A stretch of 64,000 bases of DNA, taken from positions 70,572 through 134,571 of the forward strand of contig CAZUXA010000004.1 in assembly GCA_964624405.1 (NCBI GenBank), given 5' to 3'. The stretch is from an uncultured bacterium (GTDB taxonomy: Bacteria; Fermentibacterota; Fermentibacteria; Fermentibacterales; JCC-6). The notes below the pieces were generated by a model that did not search any database, was not told where the DNA came from, and saw only the letters and a list, made by a program, of their open reading frames with translations. Position numbers and translations under genes: made by a program. Below, piece by piece: positions 38,815-51,633 of the stretch (positions are counted from its first letter, which is position 1; every line of letters starts with the position of its first letter).

Positions 38815-40272
38815 CTACCTTTTGTTCCTGGAAAGCCCCAGCTGTTCCCCCAGCATCATGAGCAGGCTTTTCGCCCCGTGCCATATCGCCCTTAGCTGGA
38901 AGGGGGACATGATGTTCCGAAAACGGTAGAGCAGGAATGAGGGTCTGAGGAAGTAGCGGATGTAGGCCAGGCGCCTCAGTTCCATTATCTGGTCGCCGGT
39001 CATGGTGAAGGGCACGAAGCACGGCCTGTCAAGAAGCATTCCCTGATCGTTCAGATTCTCACTCATGGTGCCGAATTTCCCCTGCTGAATGCCTTTGAAC
39101 ATGGGTGTGCCCGGAAAGGGAGTGATCGGAAAAAACTCCACGGTGAAACTTCCCAGGCTTTTGGCGAAGTCTATGGTCTGAAGGCCCTCTTCGAAGGTTT
39201 CTCCGGGGATGCCGAAAATGTATGTGGTGTGGGTCTTGATGCCCACGCTGTGAGCCAGTCTCACCGCGAGGCGGATTCTGTCCAGGGTTTCATGCTTCAT
39301 CAGCGTGTCGAGGTTCTTCTGAACCCCGCTCTCCACTCCGAAGTTGATGCACCAGCATCCGGCGGCTTTCATGGCTTTGAGAATCTTCCTGTCCACCGCG
39401 TCCGCCCGGCACGAGCACCACCATCGCACATTCACATCCCGCTTCACCATCTCATCACAGAATTCATAAACATGCCTGTGACTGTATGTAAAATGTTCGT
39501 CCCAGAATTTGATCTCCCTGGCGCCGAAGTGCCTGATGTAGTACTGGATCTCATCCACTATCCGGGATGGCTTTCTTAGACGGATGTGCCTTCCGTACAT
39601 CTTGTAGCAGTAAAGGCAGGTGCCGTTGCAGCCCCTGCTGGCCAGCATCTGAACCACCGGCACAGTTGACACCTGTTCGAAACTTGGAAAGTACCGCTCC
39701 ATTTCGCACAGATCCACCGCCGGAAACGGAAGGGAGTCGAGATCCTGAACCAGAGGCCGTTCTCCGGTGAACTCAACCCGCCCCGAGGGGTGGCGGAAGT
39801 GTATGCCCTTCACTCCCGCGAGGCTATCTCCCCCGGCAATGGCGTCTATCATCTCCCCGCAGGTCAGCTCTCCCTCGCCCACCACCACCGCGTCAAGGGA
39901 GGGGCATTCCTTGAGAAGCTGCTCCGGCATGGCGGTGGCCCCGTGGCCACCGATAAAGGTGAACAGGTTCGGATTGTCACTGCGGGCGTCGGTAAGAAAT
40001 GGCTCCGCCTTGTGCCAGAGAAGGCTGATTACATAAACCCCCAGGGCCTGGGCGCCAAAGGCTGTTACCCGCTTCCGCATCTCAGCGTTTGAGTGGAAAA
40101 AACCCTCGAGGTAGATTACCTGATGACCCCTTCGGCGAAGCTCTCCGGCGATGTACTGCATTCCGGGTGTGGGCCAGCAACCGGCGATTCCCCGGGTGTC
40201 TTTCGCCCTGATGTCGTCAGGTCCCCAGGGGGGAACCACGAGTGCTACCTTCAACCCATCCCCTTTCGTCAA
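38815..40272 (-). CDS. B12-binding radical SAM protein (3)
   Basis: GGHGAT, GEGE, SRGCNGTCLYC, DEHFT, GVESGVQKNLDTL (shared with protein 2). Confidence 0.92.
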   Translation of the reverse strand: MTKGDGLKVALVVPPWGPDDIRAKDTRGIAGCWPTPGMQYIAGELRRRGHQVIYLEGFFHSNAEMRKRVTAFGAQALGVYVISLLWHKAEPFLTDARSDNPNLFTFIGGHGATAMPEQLLKECPSLDAVVVGEGELTCGEMIDAIAGGDSLAGVKGIHFRHPSGRVEFTGERPLVQDLDSLPFPAVDLCEMERYFPSFEQVSTVPVVQMLASRGCNGTCLYCYKMYGRHIRLRKPSRIVDEIQYYIRHFGAREIKFWDEHFTYSHRHVYEFCDEMVKRDVNVRWWCSCRADAVDRKILKAMKAAGCWCINFGVESGVQKNLDTLMKHETLDRIRLAVRLAHSVGIKTHTTYIFGIPGETFEEGLQTIDFAKSLGSFTVEFFPITPFPGTPMFKGIQQGKFGTMSENLNDQGMLLDRPCFVPFTMTGDQIMELRRLAYIRYFLRPSFLLYRFRNIMSPFQLRAIWHGAKSLLMMLGEQLGLSRNKR

Positions 40273-40293
40273 GGTTGTGGAATATGTGGGTTT

Positions 40294-42900
<2,607 letters not shown>

Positions 42901-42926
42901 GATATCCTCCTTTTCCCGGATATGAT

Positions 42927-42943
42927 AGCAACTTGCCGGCCAA
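42927..42943 (-). promoter_or_regulatory. putative sigma54 (-24/-12) promoter of clpB
   Basis: Minus strand TTGGCCGGCAAGTTGCT = GG-N10-GC, 26 bp upstream of ATG with AAGGAGG RBS between. Confidence 0.6.
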
Positions 42944-43106
42944 TGGAGTACTCTATTTATGCTGGGATTACAACTGTATTATGGCTAAAACCGGAAAATG
43001 GCCTGTCATCTGAGCCTTGCCGGCACACGGTCAGTTTGCATCTTCACAGAGTTTTAGTAGCTTTCAGTCAGGCTTGAAAAAACGACGGGGGATATCGGAG
43101 GTTGCC

Positions 43107-44096
43107 ATGGTGAACATTGGTCTTGTGGGCCTTGGGTACTGGGGTCCGAACCTGCTTAGAAACATCGTCTCAAACAGAAGAGCGGGCAAAGTAGTGATCT
43201 GCGACAAAGACGCCGGCAGGTTGAATCGAATCGGGGACAGGTTTCCAGCCTGTTCGAAAACCCTGAACTTCAAAGATCTGCTTAACTCGGATGAGATACA
43301 GGCCATTGTTGTGGCCACAGATGTTTCCGGCCACTATCCCCTGGCGATGGATGCCCTGGATGCCGGAAAGCATGTTTTTGTGGAAAAGCCCTTCGCCGAC
43401 ACCACCGACAAGGCCCGGGAGATGGTTGAAAAGGCTGAATCCCTTGGGCTTGTGAGCATGGTGGGGCACACCTTTCTCTACTCTCCTCCCGTTGTGGCCA
43501 TAAAGGGAATCCTGGACAGCGGAGAACTTGGCCAGATACGGTTCATAACCAGCAACAGGGTAAACCTGGGGCTTCATCAAAAGGATGTTTCGGTTATCTG
43601 GGATCTGGCCCCTCACGACTTTTCGATGATCTTCCACTGGCTGAACGAAGAGCCATGCCATGTGGAGGCTTTCGGCAGTGGGTACGTACTGGAGGGGATT
43701 CCGGATGTGGCCTTCATCAACCTGCGATTCCCGTGCGGGGCCATCGCGAATGTGCAGGTATCCTGGCTCGCACCTTCGAAACTCAGGAAAACCGTGATCG
43801 TAGGCAGCAGGAAAATGCTGGTTTACGACGATACCGAACCCTACGAGAAGGTTAAGATATACGACAAGGGAGTCGAACTCATCGAGCCGGAAACCTTCGG
43901 AGAGTATCAGCTGGCCTACCGCACCGGAGACATTCACAGCCCCAAGCTGGACAGCTTCGAGCCCCTGGCAGTGGAGATGGATGAGTTTCTCAGATGCGTT
44001 GAAACCGGGGGAGTCCCAAAAACATCTGGAAGAAGCGGTCTCGGTGTGGTGAGAGCTCTTGAGCTTGCGGATGCCAGCCTGGTTTCGGGAAGGTAG
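43107..44096 (+). CDS. Gfo/Idh/MocA oxidoreductase (nucleotide-sugar dehydrogenase-like)
   Basis: GLGYWGPN, EKP, GHTF, WDLAPHD, VSWL. Confidence 0.9.
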   Translation: MVNIGLVGLGYWGPNLLRNIVSNRRAGKVVICDKDAGRLNRIGDRFPACSKTLNFKDLLNSDEIQAIVVATDVSGHYPLAMDALDAGKHVFVEKPFADTTDKAREMVEKAESLGLVSMVGHTFLYSPPVVAIKGILDSGELGQIRFITSNRVNLGLHQKDVSVIWDLAPHDFSMIFHWLNEEPCHVEAFGSGYVLEGIPDVAFINLRFPCGAIANVQVSWLAPSKLRKTVIVGSRKMLVYDDTEPYEKVKIYDKGVELIEPETFGEYQLAYRTGDIHSPKLDSFEPLAVEMDEFLRCVETGGVPKTSGRSGLGVVRALELADASLVSGR

Positions 44097-44104
44097 TGTA
44101 AACC

Positions 44105-45079
44105 TTGCCCGCCGATGGTTCAAGGGCTCTTCTGGAACTGCTGGGGGTTTCCGCTCTTCCCGGACAACCACCGGGAATTGACTTCGTGGTGCTTGGAGGG
44201 TCCATGGCGGCCCTTCTGGGGGAGAAGGAATCGGCAGCCCCGGCCCTGGCGCAGATGGCGGCGGGGCTCCGGGCTCCGGTTTCCGGAAGGGTTCTCGTTG
44301 GCAGAATGGGAGGATTGATGGCCTCCACCTCCTCCCGGGAGGGACGCACGAAGGTCGCGATGATACCCGGGGCTCCGGTTCTTCCCGAGGGTATGACGCC
44401 CGGCGGCATTATCAGCCTCTCCGCGTCCGCTTCCGGTGCCAGAAGGGGGGAAGCCCGGAAAAGAACCGATGAACTTCTTGGCTGGCTGGGCATGACAAAG
44501 CGGGGAGACACTCCCTCCGCCAGGCTTACGGAGGATGAGAGACGGCTTGCCTTTCTCGGTGCCACCCTTGCTTCCGGCCCTTCTTTTCTTGTTGTGGAGT
44601 GCCCCATCCACGAAACCATGATCGAACCCCTGAATGGCTTCGCAACCCACGGACCCGGCCGGGGAGTGCTGTTCCTGGCGTCCAGAGTCGGGGAGATTCC
44701 CCAGGGAACCGACATGATTGCCCTTTGCGACGGTTCCGGAGTTAAGGCAGTGATCAGACACTCGCAGCTTCTGGATACGGTAAAGGGGGGGGCGGAGATC
44801 CGGGTGGCCTTCTACCCTGTTCTTCCAAGGAAGATAATGGAACAGATTCCGGGCATCAGGGGCCTGATCAACCGGGACGGATGCTACTTCTTCAATCATG
44901 AAGACACCACCTATGCTCTGGTGCATGTGTGCAACATCGCCAGGGCCAACGCCCGAACCGTAGCCCATCTCTCCCTGGCACCCCCAACCCCGTCTGCTTT
45001 GCTGGCCGCCTTCCTTCCCGGAAAAGAAAACCTCCAGCCGGACCTGTTCGACACCCCCGGTTCCGAATCGGACACATGA
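44105..45079 (+). CDS. degenerate ABC transporter ATP-binding-like protein
   Basis: ABC layout retained (AGLRAPVSGRVLV, LLGWLGM, DMIALCDG) but Walker A, signature and Walker B altered. Confidence 0.6.
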   Translation: MPADGSRALLELLGVSALPGQPPGIDFVVLGGSMAALLGEKESAAPALAQMAAGLRAPVSGRVLVGRMGGLMASTSSREGRTKVAMIPGAPVLPEGMTPGGIISLSASASGARRGEARKRTDELLGWLGMTKRGDTPSARLTEDERRLAFLGATLASGPSFLVVECPIHETMIEPLNGFATHGPGRGVLFLASRVGEIPQGTDMIALCDGSGVKAVIRHSQLLDTVKGGAEIRVAFYPVLPRKIMEQIPGIRGLINRDGCYFFNHEDTTYALVHVCNIARANARTVAHLSLAPPTPSALLAAFLPGKENLQPDLFDTPGSESDT

Positions 45080-45705
45080 TTCCTCAGACGGTTGCGGTTC
45101 AGATGCTGCGGAGAATCCGTTACCGCACCGATGGTATGTGGATAATGGCTTTTCTGCTGGGGTCATCCCTGGCGGGAATCTCAGCGGGTATCATCCCCTG
45201 GCTGACAGGCCTTCTGGGATTTGGAATACCCCTGACCCTCTGTTTCGGATGGAACTCATCGGCTGAAAGGCAGGGACTGCGCAGATTCTGCTCAAGGCAC
45301 ACCGGCGCGCAGACCCAGCTTGCCATGGCGGAAACGCTGATTCCCGCCGGGACCGGCGCGCTGGCCGCCTCTCTGGCGGCCCTGGCCGGGGAAACCATCC
45401 CCTGGCAGTTCTGGCTGGTTCTTCCACTAACCTCGATAATCGCCGCGGCTCTGATGTTGTTTCTGCAAAGCGTCCTCCCCGGAGGAGCGACGGCTCTGCT
45501 GGGCCTTTACTGGCTGTGGTCCTTCATTGGGCTTGCGGGTGAGGCGGTGGGGATAACCGTTCTCCTTGTACCGGTGTACCCGGCGATGGTGATGGCACAG
45601 AAATCCGGGGCACCTCACAGCGACGGTTTTGTGGCCCTTTCCGCCGCACTCGCCGGAGGAATGATGTATCTGCTGCTCAGGCGAAACCTGAAATCCACTT
45701 TCTGA
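45076..45705 (+). CDS. membrane protein, ABC-2 permease-like
   Basis: About six TM helices; ATGA overlap with upstream gene. Confidence 0.6.
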   Translation: MIPQTVAVQMLRRIRYRTDGMWIMAFLLGSSLAGISAGIIPWLTGLLGFGIPLTLCFGWNSSAERQGLRRFCSRHTGAQTQLAMAETLIPAGTGALAASLAALAGETIPWQFWLVLPLTSIIAAALMLFLQSVLPGGATALLGLYWLWSFIGLAGEAVGITVLLVPVYPAMVMAQKSGAPHSDGFVALSAALAGGMMYLLLRRNLKSTF

Positions 45706-46999
45706 GAGACTCCAGGGCTCTCTCCGACATTGCCCTTCTTCGTCCCCTCCTTCCGCCGGCGGCCCTTATGGGAGGAAACAGCCCGTAATGAACATTGCTG
45801 GGCTGGAACAGGCCGCCGCCGGGAATTGTGGCATGCCCGAGCAGCGCTCCCATTGCGGTATCCGCCGGGGGGGGGACGGGGTCCCTGCCCTGGAGAGACT
45901 CCGCCATGAACAACCCCGCCATGAGCCCTGTGGCAATTGACTCTATGTACCCTTCCACTCCGGTAATCTGCCCGGCCATGGTGAGCCCCGGGCGGCATTT
46001 CATCCCCAGAAACCCGTCAAGAACCTCCGGGCCATTTATGAAAGTGTTCCTGTGAACGCTTCCCAGCCTCAGGAACTCCGCCCCGGAGAGGCCGGGAATC
46101 ATCCGGAAAACCCTTCTCTGCTCTGAATGGGTGAGCTTCGTCTGAAAGCCCACCATGTTCCACCCGCTTCCCGACTCGTTTTCCCTTCTGAGCTGAACCA
46201 CAGCAAAAGGCCTGCCGCCGGTGGCGGGGTCGGTGATTCCAACGGGCTTCATGGGGCCGTGGGCCAGCGAAAGATCGCCGGAATCCGCAATGGCCTCCAC
46301 GGGCTGGCAACCCTGAAAGTGCAGCTCCTTCTCGAAGGAATGCGGGGCAACCCTTTTCGCGCCCTTCAGGGCTGCGATGAAATGATGGTAGGTTTCCTGA
46401 TCCATGGGGCAGTTCAGATAGTCGGCCCCCCCGCCCTTGTCATAGCGGGACTGGAAAAAAGCGGTATTCATGTCAACGGACTCCCCGGAAACGATGGGAG
46501 CTATCGCATCGTAGAAGTAAAGGTGCTCCCCGGTGATCTCTCTTAGAGCTTCGGACAACCCCGGGCTTGCCAGGGGCCCCGGAGCGGCAATCACCGGGCC
46601 GGGTGGAAGAAGGGTAACCTCCCGGGTTTCAAGGGTGATAAGGGTTTCCGACCGGAGTTCATTCAGCACAGTCTCGCTGAACCTGCGCCGGTCAACCGCA
46701 AGAGCATCCCCCGCCGGGATCCGGGTGGAATCCGCGATGCGGATGAGCCGGGATCCGGCAAGCCTGAGTTCCTGCTTCAGAAGCCCCGGCGCGTTTTCCG
46801 GGTTTGCGGATCGCAGGGAATTTGAGCACACCAGCTCTGCGGGGAGCCCGGTGGTGTGAGCCGGCGTGGTTGCCATGGGCCTCATCTCAAGAAGCACAAC
46901 CCCGAAGCCCCGGTCAGCCAGGGCAAAAGCCGCTTCGCATCCCGCAAGACCCGCGCCGATAACGGTCACCGTTCCCGATCCGCAATCAGTGTTCTTCAT
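45677..46999 (-). CDS. trmFO: methylenetetrahydrofolate--tRNA-(uracil-5-)-methyltransferase TrmFO
   Basis: GAGLAG, AELVCSNS, ALAVDR, FYDAIAP, VGFQT, HRNTF, GQITGVEGY. Confidence 0.95.
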   Translation of the reverse strand: MKNTDCGSGTVTVIGAGLAGCEAAFALADRGFGVVLLEMRPMATTPAHTTGLPAELVCSNSLRSANPENAPGLLKQELRLAGSRLIRIADSTRIPAGDALAVDRRRFSETVLNELRSETLITLETREVTLLPPGPVIAAPGPLASPGLSEALREITGEHLYFYDAIAPIVSGESVDMNTAFFQSRYDKGGGADYLNCPMDQETYHHFIAALKGAKRVAPHSFEKELHFQGCQPVEAIADSGDLSLAHGPMKPVGITDPATGGRPFAVVQLRRENESGSGWNMVGFQTKLTHSEQRRVFRMIPGLSGAEFLRLGSVHRNTFINGPEVLDGFLGMKCRPGLTMAGQITGVEGYIESIATGLMAGLFMAESLQGRDPVPPPADTAMGALLGHATIPGGGLFQPSNVHYGLFPPIRAAGGRRGRRRAMSERALESLRKWISGFA

Positions 47000-47137
47000 T
47001 TCAAGTTCCATCTTTGCTTGTGTGGGAATGTTGACCGCAGGAAACGGGAATATCTCAGGAAAAACCAGCCTCGTCACGCTGATACGGTATCCTGACCGAA
47101 GCGGTATTATTCAGGTTGTTTTCACGAAGGGAAAACC

Positions 47138-49027
47138 ATGTGCGGCGTATCCGGAATCGTGACATCCTCCATTCCAGCGGATTCCATGAAAACCCTGCTT
47201 GATCGGATGAACCGGACCCAAAGGCACCGGGGCCCGGATGAAAGCAGGGTGCTTGTAAGGGAACCGGTAGGCATCGCTTTCGACAGACTTGCCATCCTCG
47301 ACCTTGCCACTGGAATGCAGCCCATTACCGCTCCGGAGGACGGAGTTACAATAGCCTGCAACGGCCAGATCTATAACTACCTGGAACTCAGGAGGATGCT
47401 GCCGGGGCAGGAATTTCTCACCACTGGCGACATGGAAGTGGCTCTACACCTCTACCGGAAACTCGGCGCGGAATTCCTGCATCACATGAACGGCATGTAC
47501 GCCGGCGTCATTCACGATCCATTGCGCCGAAAGCTTCTTCTTTTCAGGGATCGTTTCGGCATCAAGCCCCTGCACTACGCAGTTACCCCTGAAGGGTTTT
47601 TCTTTTCCAGCGAGATCCCCCCCCTGCTTTCCATGCCCGGGGTTTCCTGTGAACCGGATCTCAGCCTTCTCCCTGTATTCTTCACCTACCGCTACCTGCC
47701 TGGGGAAAGAACCATCTTCAAGCAGGTTCTCAGGCTTCCTCCGGGTTCCTTCATGGAGCTGAACCTGGACAATGGCAGGTTCCGAACCTCCCGTTACTGG
47801 TCCTACGACTTCAGGGAGCCTGAAAGGTACTCCGACCCCGACGAGGCAGCGCAGGAGTTTCTCCGTTTGTTCCGCAGCTCGGTTGAAATCCGACTCAGAT
47901 CCGATGTGGAAGTCGGCAGCTTTCTTTCCGGTGGAATTGATTCATCGGCGGTGGCCTCGCTGACATCGGTCATCAAGCCTGAACTGAAGCTGTTCACTGT
48001 GGCCTTCGACGAGGATGGCTACGACGAGACCGGCCAGATGGAGCATTTCGTGAAGAACATGGGAAACAGGTTCGGAAAAACAGAACGAATGCTGAAAAAA
48101 TGCACCCGGGAAGCTCTTTCATCCCTGCCTTCAATTGTGCGGGCACTGGGCGAACCGATTTCACTTGGGGCTGTGATTCCCACGGATCAGGTCTGCGCTC
48201 TGGCCGGTGAGCATGTGAAGGTGGTGATGACCGGGGAGGGAGCCGACGAGGTTTTCGCCGGTTACCGCAAGTTTTTGGTGGAAGAAGCTTTAATTCAGCA
48301 CGAAGTTTCCGGGGCGGAAGAGAGGCGGGTGCTGGAGAAGCTGTACCCGGAACTTCAAAAAAGACTGGGGCAGGGTGATATCGGTTCTGCCCGGAGGCAC
48401 ATCGCCACCGAGGCTCTTTTCACACCGGAGGAGCTTCGCCGGCTGCTGGGACGGGAGTGTGGCGGGGATGACCTCTTTCCGGCTGACGCTCTTCCCGATA
48501 TGGAACCGGATATTCACCCGGTCAGGGCGATGCAGGCCATCGAGTGCCGCAGCAGGCTTCCGGACTATGTGGTGGCAAGGCTGGACAGGCTAAGCATGCG
48601 CCACAGCCTTGAGGCACGAACTCCGTTTCTGGACTACAGGCTGGCTGAGTTCGCCGCGTCTCTGCCTGTCAACTTGAAGGTGAGGCCATTCCACTGCCTT
48701 GACAAGTACATCTGCCGAAAAGCCTTCGCCGACTCGGGAATCCTGCCGCGGCAAACAGCCCTGATGCCGAAAAAACCTTTCACCATGCCCATGGCCCAAT
48801 GGTTTGAGAACCCCCGGAACCTTCCGGAGGCACTGAGAGACATCGCCTGCGGTACTGAGGTGGACAGGCAGGGTATACTTGACGGTGACATGGTTCGGGA
48901 GCTGGCTTCAGTCGTAACCGGGAAGGGTGTCGGGCCGGAAACCCTGGTTTCAGGGGCGGACCGGTTCTTCGCTCCACTGGTTTTCACCCTCTGGTACAGG
49001 GAGTGCGTTGAAAAACAACTACACTGA
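47138..49027 (+). CDS. asnB: asparagine synthase (glutamine-hydrolysing) family amidotransferase
   Basis: MCG N-terminus, HRGPD, NGQIYN, RDRFGIKPL, LSGGIDSS, GEGADE, EARTPFLD. Confidence 0.9.
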   Translation: MCGVSGIVTSSIPADSMKTLLDRMNRTQRHRGPDESRVLVREPVGIAFDRLAILDLATGMQPITAPEDGVTIACNGQIYNYLELRRMLPGQEFLTTGDMEVALHLYRKLGAEFLHHMNGMYAGVIHDPLRRKLLLFRDRFGIKPLHYAVTPEGFFFSSEIPPLLSMPGVSCEPDLSLLPVFFTYRYLPGERTIFKQVLRLPPGSFMELNLDNGRFRTSRYWSYDFREPERYSDPDEAAQEFLRLFRSSVEIRLRSDVEVGSFLSGGIDSSAVASLTSVIKPELKLFTVAFDEDGYDETGQMEHFVKNMGNRFGKTERMLKKCTREALSSLPSIVRALGEPISLGAVIPTDQVCALAGEHVKVVMTGEGADEVFAGYRKFLVEEALIQHEVSGAEERRVLEKLYPELQKRLGQGDIGSARRHIATEALFTPEELRRLLGRECGGDDLFPADALPDMEPDIHPVRAMQAIECRSRLPDYVVARLDRLSMRHSLEARTPFLDYRLAEFAASLPVNLKVRPFHCLDKYICRKAFADSGILPRQTALMPKKPFTMPMAQWFENPRNLPEALRDIACGTEVDRQGILDGDMVRELASVVTGKGVGPETLVSGADRFFAPLVFTLWYRECVEKQLH

Positions 49028-49925
49028 CAGTCTGGCGGATGTAATCTCGGAAAGACTCGCTCCCGGAAGGGAAAGGCAGTTCGGTTTTGAGTACGAGTTC
49101 ATGCCCGGAAGAGAAATGGGCTTTGAAGACCTCGAGGGGGTGTGGCGCATACTGGAAGACATGGGATACCGGAAGGAGCCCAATCTCTTCCAGGGAAAGG
49201 ATCACTACATAACTTTCGAACCCGGAGGCCAGATAGAATTCTGCAGCATTCCCATCTCAACCCGGGACAATTCCACGGTGCATTCCATTCTCCTGCAGGC
49301 CGCCACCGTCAATGCCGCCATCAGGGAGCGGATCGGGCTTGAGTACATCCCCACCGGGTTCATCCCCGGCAGGGGGTCGGCAAAGATGCTTCTGGACAAA
49401 CCCAGATATCACAACCTCCACAACCTGCTTTCCCGCACCGGAACCCGGGGCCACGAGATGATGAAGGGAACCGCCGCAATCCATCTTCATGTGGGGCTTG
49501 CTTCCCTTGGAGAACTGCCCCTGATCTGGAACACCGTATGCGAAATGTCCCGAACCGCGGATTTCGCCATGGGATTCGAGAGAAGGCACATATGGGACAA
49601 TACCGATCCCTCGAGGTGCGGACTGATGTGCGGCAGGGAACAGGGGGTGATCACGGATTTCCGGGCGTTCCTGGAAAAGATGACAGAGTTCGGAATGGGG
49701 GCTCTCGACCTGGCCACGGGTGTACCCTTCGGTGAGCTTCCGAACAAGGGGTTTCACGATTTTCTGGATCATCTGACTACTTTGTTCACCGATGTGAGGA
49801 TCAACATGAAGGGCGTTACCCTTGAGCTTCGCACCCTGGACTCGGTTCCCCCGGAAGTTTTTCTGCAGAGATGGCAGCAGTTCCTGAGCCTTGTGCAACA
49901 GAGCCTTGAGATGGCAGAGGTCTGA
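49008..49925 (+). CDS. glutamate--cysteine ligase GCS2-family (GshA/EgtA-like) protein
   Basis: GFEYE, TFEPGGQIE, PRY, MMKGTAAIH, HLTTLFTDVR, LELR; TTG start overlaps asnB end. Confidence 0.75.
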   Translation: MKNNYTDSLADVISERLAPGRERQFGFEYEFMPGREMGFEDLEGVWRILEDMGYRKEPNLFQGKDHYITFEPGGQIEFCSIPISTRDNSTVHSILLQAATVNAAIRERIGLEYIPTGFIPGRGSAKMLLDKPRYHNLHNLLSRTGTRGHEMMKGTAAIHLHVGLASLGELPLIWNTVCEMSRTADFAMGFERRHIWDNTDPSRCGLMCGREQGVITDFRAFLEKMTEFGMGALDLATGVPFGELPNKGFHDFLDHLTTLFTDVRINMKGVTLELRTLDSVPPEVFLQRWQQFLSLVQQSLEMAEV

Positions 49926-49956
49926 ACAGGCGGGAACCGGCTGAAAGGAACGGGCG

Positions 49957-51633
49957 ATGAGCGATTTGAACGAAAAGAAACCACGGGATTTCATCAGGGA
50001 GATCATTGACAGGGATATCTCCGAGGGAAAGCACAACGGCAGAGTGCATACCAGGTTTCCCCCGGAGCCCAACGGCTACCTTCACATAGGGCACGCCAAG
50101 GCCATTTGCACCAACTTCGGGATAGCCGGCGAGTATCACGGCAAGGTTAACCTCAGGTTCGACGACACCAACCCGGTGAAGGAGGAAACCGAGTTCGTCC
50201 ATGCGATAAGGGATGACATTTCCTGGCTCGGCTTCAAATGGGACAATGAACTCTATGCCAGCGACTACTTCGAGCAGATGTACAACTACGCCGTGCAGCT
50301 GATTCTTCAGAACGATGCCTATGTATGCGACCTGAGCCCTGAACAGGTCAGGGAATACCGTGGAACCCTCACTGAACCCGGACGAAACAGCCCCAGCAGA
50401 AACCGATCAATCGGGGAGAACATCGAGTTGTTCCGGGGCATGAGGGAAGGAGTATTCCCCGAGGGAAGCAGAACTCTCCGGGCAAAGATCGACATGGCAA
50501 GCCCCAACATGAACATGCGTGATCCGGCGATCTACAGAATTCTCAAACGGAGCCACCACCGGACCGGCAACGACTGGTGCATCTACCCCATGTACGACTA
50601 CGCCCACTGCCTGGAAGATTCCATTGAAGGCATCACCCACTCCCTGTGCAGCCTCGAGTTCGAAGATCACAGACCCCTCTACGACTGGTTCCTTGACAGA
50701 CTGGGAATCTTCCATCCTCAGCAGATCGAGTTCGCCCGGCTGAACATCACATACACGGTTCTCAGCAAACGATTTCTTCGGCTCCTTGTAGAGTCGGAAA
50801 CCGTGAGCGGCTGGGACGATCCCCGGATGCCAACCCTCAGGGGAATGCGCCGCAGGGGTTTCCCGCCGGAGGCCATAAGGCTCTTCTGCGACCGGATCGG
50901 CCTGGCGAAGCGGGACAGCATGGTGGATATCGCCCTTCTGGAACACATTGTTCGCGAAAACCTCAACGCCACCGCACCCAGGGTCATGTCGGTCCTGAAC
51001 CCGGTAAGGCTGGTGATAGACAACTACCCGAAAAACCAGGTCGAGGATTTCGACTACCAGATCAATCCCGAAGACCCCTCCGCTGGCGTCAGAAAAATAC
51101 CGTTCAGCAGTGAACTCTTCATCGAAAGAGACGATTTCATGGATCCTCCTCCCCCGAAGTTCTTCAGGCTTTCGCCGGGCAGAGAGGTAAGGCTCCGCTA
51201 TGCGTACCTTGTCACAGCGACTTCAGTGGAGAGAAACGCCGAGGGTGAAGTGACAACCATCAGGTGCGTTTACGACCCGGCATCAAGAGGGGGAACCAGC
51301 CCGGACGGCAGGAAGGTTAAAGCCACTCTGCACTGGGTCAGCGCGGCACACAGCATTCCCGCGGAAGCAAGGCTCTACGACCGGCTGTTCAAATGCGAAA
51401 ACCCTCTGGCGGAGGAAGGGGAACTCACGGAGTACCTGAACCCCGATTCACTGAAGGTGCTTTCCGGCTGCAGGGTGGAGCCCCACATGTCCTCATCGAT
51501 ACCCGGGCAAACATTCCAGTTCGAGCGCATGGGGTATTTCACCGTGGACTCACAATCCACCGGAGAATCGCTGGTCTTCAACCGCGCCCTGTCCCTGCGG
51601 GACACCTGGGAGAAAATCAGACGGAAGCAGTAG
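49957..51633 (+). CDS. glnS: glutamine--tRNA ligase
   Basis: [47 protein letters not shown]. Confidence 0.96.
   Translation: MSDLNEKKPRDFIREIIDRDISEGKHNGRVHTRFPPEPNGYLHIGHAKAICTNFGIAGEYHGKVNLRFDDTNPVKEETEFVHAIRDDISWLGFKWDNELYASDYFEQMYNYAVQLILQNDAYVCDLSPEQVREYRGTLTEPGRNSPSRNRSIGENIELFRGMREGVFPEGSRTLRAKIDMASPNMNMRDPAIYRILKRSHHRTGNDWCIYPMYDYAHCLEDSIEGITHSLCSLEFEDHRPLYDWFLDRLGIFHPQQIEFARLNITYTVLSKRFLRLLVESETVSGWDDPRMPTLRGMRRRGFPPEAIRLFCDRIGLAKRDSMVDIALLEHIVRENLNATAPRVMSVLNPVRLVIDNYPKNQVEDFDYQINPEDPSAGVRKIPFSSELFIERDDFMDPPPPKFFRLSPGREVRLRYAYLVTATSVERNAEGEVTTIRCVYDPASRGGTSPDGRKVKATLHWVSAAHSIPAEARLYDRLFKCENPLAEEGELTEYLNPDSLKVLSGCRVEPHMSSSIPGQTFQFERMGYFTVDSQSTGESLVFNRALSLRDTWEKIRRKQ

Noticed and set aside
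30536-40272. RiPP interpretation of the radical SAM cluster
   Set aside because: Genes are tightly packed with no precursor ORF, SPASM/RRE domains, peptidase or exporter
47138-49925. Lasso-peptide cyclase or ergothioneine (egtA) cluster
   Set aside because: AsnB retains the Cys2 glutaminase domain, with no lasso B protein or precursor; no egtB/C/D nearby
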